This document shows positions 17,525 to 25,644 of a stretch of 46,348 nucleotides of DNA, in pieces. The translations under genes and the position numbers were made by a program. How positions within the stretch are numbered: the stretch's first letter is position 1; every line of letters starts with the position of its first letter. The notes below the pieces were generated by a model. It was given only the letters and a program-made list of their open reading frames with translations. It was not told the DNA's origin and made no database searches. Source of the stretch: Rickettsiales bacterium (GTDB taxonomy: Bacteria; Pseudomonadota; Alphaproteobacteria; Rickettsiales; UBA1997); contig JAITOR010000026.1 in the NCBI GenBank assembly GCA_031289855.1, positions 1-46,348 of the forward strand. Direction: 5' to 3'.

Positions 17525-17595
17525 GAAATAAATTGCGCTACTTAATCGTAACTTATTTTGTAAAGTCTTTAAAATTTTTAAAGGCAATCCAAAAC
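17485..17595 (-). ncRNA. Candidate tracrRNA (41-nt anti-repeat W', nexus-like hairpin, terminator)
   Basis: The anti-repeat is GTTTTGGATTGCCTTTAAAAATTTTAAAGACTTTACAAAAT. It is followed by AAGTTACGATTAAGTAGCGC... (small hairpin GTTAC/GTAGC) and the terminator. It is complementary to X': 15 bp with 1 mismatch at the proximal end and 8 bp at the distal end, with an irregular middle. Confidence 0.55.
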
Positions 17596-17606
17596 ATGAG
17601 AAAGTA

Positions 17607-17727
17607 GTTTTGTATTGCCTTAAAATTATTATAGATTAAATACAAAACAAGAATGGAAAATTTAGGAAGTAAAAACCATCTTACTTTTGTTTTAATATTA
17701 TTACTATATTAGATTTTAAAGTCAAAT
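17607..17727 (-). CRISPR. Degenerate single-spacer mini-array: repeat X' (17648-17607), 35-nt spacer-like segment (17683-17649), degenerate repeat Y' (17727-17684)
   Basis: X' is GTTTTGTATTTAATCTATAATAATTTTAAGGCAATACAAAAC (42 nt). Y' aligns to it only partially (AATCTA..TAATAAT..ACAAAAG) and lacks GGCAAT. No two repeats are identical, so this does not meet normal CRISPR-array criteria. Confidence 0.35.
17697..17725 (-). promoter_or_regulatory. Promoter cassette copy Y', driving the repeat/anti-repeat unit
   Basis: On the minus strand: TTGACT (17725-17720), a 16-17-nt spacer, then TAATAAT (17703-17697). It is near-identical to Z' over about 30 nt. Confidence 0.55.
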
Positions 17728-17871
17728 TAATTTAGAAAATTTATTTTCAAAAAATACTTCCATGATTTGCATTTATGATGTATAATAAAATTATATAACA
17801 AATAATGCAGGAGAATAATTTGAAAAAGACATAAAAAAACGATTTTTGTAAATTCGTTTGAACTATTTTAA

Positions 17872-17900
17872 TTGACAAATTAAACTATTTTTTTTATGCT
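17872..17900 (+). promoter_or_regulatory. Sigma70-type promoter for gltX
   Basis: TTGACA (17872-17877), a 17-nt spacer, then TATGCT (17895-17900). Confidence 0.5.
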
Positions 17901-17929
17901 CAATACTAATTCAATTATTATTGTAACTC

Positions 17930-19510
17930 ATGAAAAAAGATTTGGCAGAAAGGTTGGTTCCATCTAAACTAACCATCGCAGAGATTGAAACTAAGTATGG
18001 ACCACGACCACAAGGACAAGTTGTGACAAGATTTGCCCCATCTCCCACTGGTTATATGCATGTGGGTGGAGTGTGGAGTTCAATTTTGACTGAAAGGTTA
18101 GCCCATTCAAACAATGGGGTATGCTACCTACGAATTGAAGATACAGACCAAAAAAGAGAGGTGAAGGAAGCCGTTGATATTATCAGCAACACTCTCGATT
18201 ATTTGGGCATTAAATTTGATGAAGGTGTTAGACGAGGTGGTGATTATGGTTCCTACACTCAAAGTGAAAGATCTGATATTTATAAGGCTTACATACAAAA
18301 AATGTTAGTGGATGGCACGGCATACCCAAGTTTTGCCACACCAGAAGAATTGGAAAAAATGCGAAAAGAACAGGAAAAGATGAAGTTACGAACTGGACTT
18401 TATGGGCATTGGGCCAAGGAACGAGATTTGACTGATGAGCAGGTGGAGGAAAATTTAAAACAAAACAAATCATTTACTATAAATTTTAAATCCACTGGTG
18501 ATTACAAAAATAGAGTTCCAGTGGTGGATTTGATAAAAGGTAAAAGAATGTTGCCGGAAAATGATATGGATGTAGTGATATTGAAGGCTGGTGGACTACC
18601 AACTTACCATTTTGCACATGTGATTGACGATCACTTAATGCAAACCACCATTGTAAATAGAACGGATGAATGGTTTATCTCCACTCCTCTGCATTTGCAG
18701 ATGTTTCAATCTATGGGATGGAATCCGCCCGCATATTTACAGCCTGCACCTTTGCAAAAGTTGGATAATGGAGCGAAGCGAAAATTGAGTAAAAGGAAAG
18801 ATCCAGAGGCTGATTTTCGGTATTTTATGGAACAGGGCTATCCAAAAGAATCTATTATTGACTATAATATGAATCTACTTAACTCGAACTATGAAGACTG
18901 GCGAAAAGTTAATGGAAAGGCACCATATACCGATTTCCCTTTTGATTATAAAAAAATCAATGAAAGCGGAGCATTGCTTGATTTCAATAAATTGGACAAT
19001 ATAACAAAAAATTTTGTGGCCACTTTAACTGCCGAAGAATTATATGATAGATTGCTCGAATGGGCTAAAAATTATAATGAAAAATTGTTCAATTTAATGG
19101 ATAGCGAAAAAGCAAAGTTTGTTTCAATTTTTGAAATTGAAAGGAAAGACACGGATAGAGTTAGGAAAGACTATGGAAAAATGAGCGGAATTTACGAACA
19201 AATTACATATTTTTTTGATTTTGTGCCAATAAAAGATGAGGCGAATAGGGCTGTTATTGAGGATTATATAAAAGATTACAATATAAATCGTGATAAAGAA
19301 GAATGGTTTGAAAACATAAAAACTAAGGCTCTAAACAATGGATTTGCACTAAATAGCAAAGAATTTGTTGTTGATAAACACAGGGGAATTTTAAGTGATT
19401 TTGTGGCAATTTTTAGAACAAAATTAACTGGAATGAAAAATACACCAGACTTGTATGGAATAATGAAAGTTATGGGTATAGATGAAGTAAAAAAAAGATT
19501 AGAATTTTAA
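17930..19510 (+). CDS. gltX: Glutamate--tRNA ligase (long form, 526 aa)
   Basis: It has the class I HIGH region RFAPSPTGYMHVGG and the KMSKS-like motif KLSKRK. Confidence 0.85.
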   Translation: MKKDLAERLVPSKLTIAEIETKYGPRPQGQVVTRFAPSPTGYMHVGGVWSSILTERLAHSNNGVCYLRIEDTDQKREVKEAVDIISNTLDYLGIKFDEGVRRGGDYGSYTQSERSDIYKAYIQKMLVDGTAYPSFATPEELEKMRKEQEKMKLRTGLYGHWAKERDLTDEQVEENLKQNKSFTINFKSTGDYKNRVPVVDLIKGKRMLPENDMDVVILKAGGLPTYHFAHVIDDHLMQTTIVNRTDEWFISTPLHLQMFQSMGWNPPAYLQPAPLQKLDNGAKRKLSKRKDPEADFRYFMEQGYPKESIIDYNMNLLNSNYEDWRKVNGKAPYTDFPFDYKKINESGALLDFNKLDNITKNFVATLTAEELYDRLLEWAKNYNEKLFNLMDSEKAKFVSIFEIERKDTDRVRKDYGKMSGIYEQITYFFDFVPIKDEANRAVIEDYIKDYNINRDKEEWFENIKTKALNNGFALNSKEFVVDKHRGILSDFVAIFRTKLTGMKNTPDLYGIMKVMGIDEVKKRLEF

Positions 19511-21354
19511 TTTTTAGAACTATTCTTTTTATAAAAATCAATAACTTTTTTGTTTGCTTTAACTTTTTTTATGTCAAAACTATCCAAGTATAGTCCCTCG
19601 ACGCTTTTTACCCTTGAAATTGCAACATATATTTGCCCATCAGCGAATGCTCTTCCTAAATCACATTTGATTTTTTCTAATGTCATTCCTTGTGATTTAT
19701 GCACTGTTATAGCCCAAGCAAGTATTAATGGCACTTGATACATCACGGCTTCGACTTCGACTTCTTCACTCTCTTCGTTGTATTTTTCAATTGCCCAAGT
19801 ATCTGGCACAATTTCAATGATTTCCCCATTTGTAAAACTAACAATTGGAAAACCATTTTTGTTAAAATCTTTCACGATGCCAATACTTCCATTCATAATT
19901 CCTTTTTTGGAGTAAGTATTTTTTAGCATCATCACTTGACCGTCAATTTTTAATGTCAATCTATCCCTTGCAATACAATTTTTTTTCATTTGTTCCACCT
20001 TATTTTCCTTACCTTCGTACTTGGCTATATAAGTTTTTTGCTTTGTGTCTAATTTTGCTAATTTATCGTTGTTTATACTTTCCACTTGCGCATTATGAGT
20101 GCCTAAAATTGTAGGTTCATAATCGGTGGAAATATCTTTCCTTTGGTAACAATATCGCAACAATTCTATGTCATCTTTTTGTAAATCACCAAATCTCAAA
20201 TTATTTAACATTTGTATAAGTTTATTATCATTTTGCCTATAAATATCAGTTAATTCAACATATTCTATGTTTGCTTTTTCCCAAGATTCACTTTCAAAGC
20301 AAAAATTCTCATCGTTAACCGGTGGTAATTGCAAAAAATCACCAAAAAGTATAAGTTGAATGCCACCGAATGGAGCATCATTTCGTCTAATTACTTGTAA
20401 TATCGTATTAAACATATTAAATAAATCGGCAGAAATCATGGAAATTTCATCTATTGCAAGCATTTCCGCTTTTTGCAGTTTTTTTCTTATGTTAATGGCA
20501 GGTTTAGATAGCAAAAATTCCAATATTTTTTGTAATGGCAGATCACCTTTTCCCAAAGCAGCCCATGAATGTAAAGTTTGCCCTCCAACATTGATGGCGG
20601 CTATACCTGTGGATGCAGTTATGTGCAAATTTTTATATTTTTGTCTCAAAAAATTTAACAGATAAGACTTTCCTGTGCCTGCAGCACCAGTAATAAACAC
20701 ATTTTTACCTCTTTCAATCAAATCTACAGCAAATTTTTGTGATTTTGATAAAGTAAATTCCATACCATCTTCAACCCCTTTAACTTCAGCATCTATTTCA
20801 ACAACCTCTTGTTTTCTAAAATAATCCTTAACAGCCTTTTCATTCAATAAATTTTGATACACCTTTACTAATATTTTTGTATCAATCATGGCCCCATGAA
20901 ACTCCTCTCTTTCACTCAAACTAATTCCATATTTAACCGCCAAAGCATCCAGAGTTTTTGTGCCCTTGCCTTTCTCTTTAATCACAACCTTTGCAAGTTC
21001 CAATGTATCAATTACAGCATTTGTCAACGGAATTTTACCCATTCTTAATAATTCCATATTTAGAAAATTCATATCAAAATTCGCATTATGAGCAATAAGT
21101 GTGTCGTCATCAATAAATTTCAATAGTTCATCAGCAATTTCTGCAAATTTTGGTTGATTTTTTAACATTTTGTCGGTAAGTCCAGTAATTTCAATGCTAT
21201 CTTCACTATTTTTTCGTTCAGGATTTATCAAGGTATAAAAAGTTTTACCAGTTTCCACCCTATCAATTAACTCGATACAACCAATGGAAATAATTCTATC
21301 ATCTTTATCTGTGTGTAAACCCGTAGTTTCCGTATCAAAACAAATTTCTCTCAT
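19507..21354 (-). CDS. Fusion protein: DnaQ-like DEDDh 3'-5' exonuclease plus PIF1/RecD-family (SF1B) helicase
   Basis: The N-terminus has ExoI ICFDTETTGL, ExoII IAHNANFDMNFL and ExoIII HGAMIDTKIL. The C-terminus has Walker A ITGAAGTGKSYLL, Walker B LAIDEISMI, FGDFLQLPPV, VHKSQGMT and YVAISRVKSVEGL. Confidence 0.8.
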   Translation of the reverse strand: MREICFDTETTGLHTDKDDRIISIGCIELIDRVETGKTFYTLINPERKNSEDSIEITGLTDKMLKNQPKFAEIADELLKFIDDDTLIAHNANFDMNFLNMELLRMGKIPLTNAVIDTLELAKVVIKEKGKGTKTLDALAVKYGISLSEREEFHGAMIDTKILVKVYQNLLNEKAVKDYFRKQEVVEIDAEVKGVEDGMEFTLSKSQKFAVDLIERGKNVFITGAAGTGKSYLLNFLRQKYKNLHITASTGIAAINVGGQTLHSWAALGKGDLPLQKILEFLLSKPAINIRKKLQKAEMLAIDEISMISADLFNMFNTILQVIRRNDAPFGGIQLILFGDFLQLPPVNDENFCFESESWEKANIEYVELTDIYRQNDNKLIQMLNNLRFGDLQKDDIELLRYCYQRKDISTDYEPTILGTHNAQVESINNDKLAKLDTKQKTYIAKYEGKENKVEQMKKNCIARDRLTLKIDGQVMMLKNTYSKKGIMNGSIGIVKDFNKNGFPIVSFTNGEIIEIVPDTWAIEKYNEESEEVEVEAVMYQVPLILAWAITVHKSQGMTLEKIKCDLGRAFADGQIYVAISRVKSVEGLYLDSFDIKKVKANKKVIDFYKKNSSKN

Positions 21355-21454
21355 TTTATAATTGATAGTAGTATATAATTAAAATTCAAATTTATTTGCA
21401 TTTTATATTTTTATTTTAATAATTACACTATATAGAATAAATTTTTATTAGAAT

Positions 21455-21727
21455 ATGGCAAATGTTAAAGCGACAAAGAAGGCAATTAGAGTTATAAAAA
21501 GGAAGACTGATATAAACAAAAATCGTCGAAGTAGAGTTAAAACTTTTCTTAGAAAAGTTAATGATGCAATTAGTGCAAATGAAACTGACAATGCAAGAAA
21601 AGCATTCGTAGAATTTGAATCCGAAATAATGAAAGCGGTGAAAAATGGCATTTTCAAAAAAAATACTGCAATTAGAAAATTAACAAGATTGGCGGGACAT
21701 ATTAGAAAAATCAACACTGCAAAATAA
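21455..21727 (+). CDS. rpsT: 30S ribosomal protein S20
   Basis: MANVKATKKAIRVIKRKTDINKNRRSRVKTFLRK is a typical S20 N-terminus. The protein is 90 aa and basic. Confidence 0.9.
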   Translation: MANVKATKKAIRVIKRKTDINKNRRSRVKTFLRKVNDAISANETDNARKAFVEFESEIMKAVKNGIFKKNTAIRKLTRLAGHIRKINTAK

Positions 21728-21735
21728 TAAATAAA

Positions 21736-22584
21736 ATGCAAAATACAAAAGAATATTTTGACTTCATGAAATTGAAAATGATTGGTTTTGTGATATCAAT
21801 CATTTTAATTGTTGGAAGTTTTGTTAGTTTTTTTGTCAAAGGTTTAAACTTTGGCATTGATTTTACTGGTGGACTTTTATTTGATATAACAACCGATATT
21901 AATATTGGCGAGTTGCGAGAAACATTGATAAAAGGAAATGTCAATGATTTTAGTGTACAAAGTTATGGTGCGAATAGTTTTATCATTAGAGTGTCACAAA
22001 ATCAAAATGACCACAAAGAAGTGGCAAACAATGTAAAAAGCATATTAAAAGATGCAACATATAATAAAATTGATTTTGTGGGACCGCAGGTAGGTGAAGA
22101 ATTGATTAAAAATGGAATAATAGCCTTTATATTATCAATTCTTGTGATTTCAATATATATATGGATTAGATTTGAGTGGGATTTTTCAATTGGTGTGATA
22201 ATTACATTAATACATGACATTTTAATTTTATTTGGCATCTATTCTTTTTTCCAGATTGATTTTGATTTAACTTCAATTGCTGCAATTTTAACTGTCATGG
22301 GTTATTCTATGAATGATACTGTTGTGATTTATGATAGATTGCGGGAATTTTTACCAAAGTATAAGAGTGAAACATTAACTTCAATTATAAATAGAAGTTT
22401 AACCACAACATTTAGACGAACCTTACTTACATCATCCACAACTTTAATCAGTTTATTTGTATTAGGTTTTGTGGGAGGCGATAGCATCAAAAATTTCAGT
22501 TTAATTGTATTTATTGGTATTATAATTGGAACATATTCATCATTTTTAATATCAGCACCCGCATTGTTGTATATAAAAAAATAG
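21736..22584 (+). CDS. secF: Protein translocase subunit SecF
   Basis: It has the GIDFTGG motif, six predicted TM segments and MGYSMNDTVVIYDRLRE. Confidence 0.85.
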   Translation: MQNTKEYFDFMKLKMIGFVISIILIVGSFVSFFVKGLNFGIDFTGGLLFDITTDINIGELRETLIKGNVNDFSVQSYGANSFIIRVSQNQNDHKEVANNVKSILKDATYNKIDFVGPQVGEELIKNGIIAFILSILVISIYIWIRFEWDFSIGVIITLIHDILILFGIYSFFQIDFDLTSIAAILTVMGYSMNDTVVIYDRLREFLPKYKSETLTSIINRSLTTTFRRTLLTSSTTLISLFVLGFVGGDSIKNFSLIVFIGIIIGTYSSFLISAPALLYIKK

Positions 22585-22642
22585 ATTAAAAAACAAATGA
22601 ATGACATAATATTGGATATGTTTTTGTATGTGTATTCGATGA

Positions 22643-23143
22643 TTATCCATTTAATTGATTAATGTGATTTTTTAACAATACATATACGGCACCACCACCA
22701 CCATCTTTTGGCGCTGCATCACAATATTTTATAACTCTGTTTGCAAAATATGCCTCTTTAAACCATTCTTGTAAATTGTTTTTAATGGTATCATTTGTGT
22801 TGGAATTTAAGCCCTTACCCGTTATAATTAACAAACATCTATAATTATTTGACACGGCCATTTCAATAAAATTATACACTCTATTGTGAGCATTTTCCAA
22901 TATACAACCATGTAAATCAAGTCTTGCATCAATTTGTAAATTTCCACCTTTTAGCTTTTTATCTAAATTTTTGTCAATGCCAAGACTTTTACATTTTTCT
23001 AACACAAAATCACTCTTTTCATCATAAAAAAAATAATCTCGTGACACATTTTTAATATTCTTATATTCTGATTTTATTACCAGTCTATTACCTTTATTGA
23101 CCAATGGATTGCATGTTTTTTTAAAATTTTCCCATTCCATCAT
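22643..23143 (-). CDS. Smr-domain protein
   Basis: The C-terminal Smr motifs are RLDLHG, LLIITGKG and GGGGAVYVLL. Confidence 0.7.
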   Translation of the reverse strand: MMEWENFKKTCNPLVNKGNRLVIKSEYKNIKNVSRDYFFYDEKSDFVLEKCKSLGIDKNLDKKLKGGNLQIDARLDLHGCILENAHNRVYNFIEMAVSNNYRCLLIITGKGLNSNTNDTIKNNLQEWFKEAYFANRVIKYCDAAPKDGGGGAVYVLLKNHINQLNG

Positions 23144-23631
23144 TATATTTCAAATTCAATGCCATTTTCTTTTAAATCCTCAATAAAAGTTTTACCTTTT
23201 AAATTTCTTTGTTTAACACCACTTCCCTTCATTAATCTCACAACGGCTTCCAATCTTTCTGGTGTGCCAGTGGATTTATTTAAAGTAAATAAACTATCGT
23301 AAACCACTTCCTTAATTCCGGCCTCAATTATGTGTTTAAAACAATTATCACAAGAGGCTATTGTACAATACAACTTACATCCCATCAATGGCTCTCTGGC
23401 ATTTAAAATTGCTCGCATTTCAGCATGTATATCCAACATATAATACATAGGTTTTTCGTAAGTCATGTATTTCATATTCATATTGGCAATCAAATCGTTA
23501 TATCCAGCAGACATAATATGGTCGTTATCATTAACAATAATGCAGCCAACTTTTGTTCCGGGATTTTTTGAACCCACAGCAACTGCTCTTGCAATATTCA
23601 TAAAATATTCATCACTCATTTTATTTGTCAT
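23143..23631 (-). CDS. Deoxycytidylate (dCMP) deaminase / ComEB-like
   Basis: It has the zinc ligands HAEMRAI and CDNC (variant of PCxxC) and is 162 aa. Confidence 0.8.
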   Translation of the reverse strand: MTNKMSDEYFMNIARAVAVGSKNPGTKVGCIIVNDNDHIMSAGYNDLIANMNMKYMTYEKPMYYMLDIHAEMRAILNAREPLMGCKLYCTIASCDNCFKHIIEAGIKEVVYDSLFTLNKSTGTPERLEAVVRLMKGSGVKQRNLKGKTFIEDLKENGIEFEI

Positions 23632-23705
23632 TTTACTCTTATATTAATTAATGTAATATCAAGTGTATAAAAGTATAAAAAAAATGCAAATTAAATATAA
23701 GATAA

Positions 23706-25403
23706 TTATTTTTCTTGTGACGAACATATCTCTTTATAAATTTCATTTTTCTTCAACAATTCTTCATGTTTTCCTATTCCTTTTATAACGCCCCTCTCCA
23801 TTACAACAATTTTATCTGCATCACAAATAGATAATACCCTTTGGGCGATTATAATTTTTGTCATATGGCTCAATTCTTCTTTAAAAACCTTTCTTATTTT
23901 TGCATCAGTCACCATATCAACAGCACTCATGGAATCATCTAAAATAATAATTTTTGGATTTTTTAATAGGGCTCTTGCTATACATAATCGTTGTTTTTGC
24001 CCGCCAGATAAATTAGTGGCATCTCTTTCTAAATATGTATCAAAACCATTTGGCAATTTTTCAATAAATTCCATCGCTTGTACTTGTTTACAAACTTTTA
24101 TTAAATCACTGTCATTTGCTCTTTCATTACCCCATAACAAATTTTCCCTAATTGTTCCTGAAAATAGAACATTTTTTTGTAAAACCATTGCAACTTGTTC
24201 TCGCAAATATTTTAATCTATATTTTTTAACATCATTTTTACCAATTACAATTTCACCACTTGATACATCACTCAATCTTGGTAATAATTGCACCAATGTG
24301 CTTTTTCCACTTGCTGTTCCACCTATAATTCCTATCGTTTCTCCATCATTTATTATTAAATTTATGCCTTTCAATATTAATTTTTTATCATAGGCAAAAT
24401 TTACATTTTTAAATTCAATTGAACCGTCTTTTAAACGTAGTTCATTGATATTGTCTTTTATGTTAATTTTCTCATCAAAAATTTCATTTATTCGTATAAT
24501 GGAAGGTAAAGAAATAGAATAGTCCATTGTTATGACGCTTACACTTTTTAACTGTGCTAAAATTTGATACGTATAAACGAGAAATGCTGATACTTGTCCT
24601 ATTTTCATTTCTCCTTTTATTACATACTTTGCCCCCAAGTAAGTAATAAATAAAATACATAAATTTACTGCAAATTCTTGTGTTGGTTCCAATAAAGCAA
24701 ATATTTTTTCAGTAAATTTTTGTGTTTTTCTAAAATCATTTGATATTTTTTGAAATTTTGTAATTTCTTTTTTTTCTCTAACAAAACTTTTTATAAATCT
24801 AATGTTACTTAAATTTTCTTGCACAATTAAATTTATTTCATCTGTTTGTTTAAAAAGTTTTTTCATTTTTTGATATGTAAAATACACTATTAATAAAACC
24901 ATTATCAACAAAATTGGAGCAGCAATTACAAAAATGATTGATAATTTTTTTGCAATAATAACTGCCATGATAAAAGCACCTATCATCATACATGGTGCCC
25001 TTGCTCCACTTCTTGTGAGACGAGAAAAAACATTTTGAATATTTTTCACATCATATGTCAATCTTGTAATTAAAGATGAATTTGAAAATTTATTTATATT
25101 ATTAGAAGAAAAATCCTGTATTTTATTAAACAATTCTTTTCTTAAATTCCTTGCAAGACCAGTGGAAGCGAGTGCTGAAAATTTTGCACCGAGTATTCCA
25201 AAAAATAATGAAAACAACGATAGCGAAGCATAACAAATGCTATATTTTATAATTGCCTTTTTTCCTTCAATTAGACCATCATCAATCAATACAGAAAATA
25301 CAAATGGGGCTACAAAATCAGTTGCCGCCTCCAACATCATTACAAGAATTGAAAAAAAAGTATATTTTTTATATTCACCAATGTGTTTTAACAATTTTAG
25401 CAC
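23706..25403 (-). CDS. ABC exporter, fused permease-ATPase (MsbA/MdlB-like)
   Basis: It has an N-terminal 6-TM domain, then GGTASGKST (Walker A), LSGGQKQR (signature) and IIILDDSMS (Walker B). It uses a GTG start. Confidence 0.85.
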   Translation of the reverse strand: MLKLLKHIGEYKKYTFFSILVMMLEAATDFVAPFVFSVLIDDGLIEGKKAIIKYSICYASLSLFSLFFGILGAKFSALASTGLARNLRKELFNKIQDFSSNNINKFSNSSLITRLTYDVKNIQNVFSRLTRSGARAPCMMIGAFIMAVIIAKKLSIIFVIAAPILLIMVLLIVYFTYQKMKKLFKQTDEINLIVQENLSNIRFIKSFVREKKEITKFQKISNDFRKTQKFTEKIFALLEPTQEFAVNLCILFITYLGAKYVIKGEMKIGQVSAFLVYTYQILAQLKSVSVITMDYSISLPSIIRINEIFDEKINIKDNINELRLKDGSIEFKNVNFAYDKKLILKGINLIINDGETIGIIGGTASGKSTLVQLLPRLSDVSSGEIVIGKNDVKKYRLKYLREQVAMVLQKNVLFSGTIRENLLWGNERANDSDLIKVCKQVQAMEFIEKLPNGFDTYLERDATNLSGGQKQRLCIARALLKNPKIIILDDSMSAVDMVTDAKIRKVFKEELSHMTKIIIAQRVLSICDADKIVVMERGVIKGIGKHEELLKKNEIYKEICSSQEK

Positions 25404-25559
25404 TTAAATAAACATCCTCCTTACGAAAGAAGTTATTGCTTCGCTATTTTTTAAAAAAAAATACAAAAAAATATAAAACAATAGCATATATGGATTCATA
25501 AGGACTTCTTTTATCCATTTCCACAATTTACCAATTTTTTCTTTTAATTTGCTAAACAT
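25404..25559 (-). CDS. 51-aa small membrane protein ORF abutting the ABC exporter start (absent from the ORF track)
   Basis: My own translation is MFSKLKEKIGKLWKWIKEVLMNPYMLLFYIFLYFFLKNSEAITSFVRRMFI. Its TAA directly abuts the exporter's GTG, and the exporter's AAGGAGG Shine-Dalgarno lies inside it. It has an amphipathic N-terminus and one hydrophobic segment. Confidence 0.35.
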   Translation of the reverse strand: MFSKLKEKIGKLWKWIKEVLMNPYMLLFYIFLYFFLKNSEAITSFVRRMFI

Positions 25560-25644
25560 ATCAAATGTATATTGTAAAATATAAAAAATTGCAAATTTAT
25601 TTTAATACACTATTAATAATAATTATTAAACATTTTTTTATATT

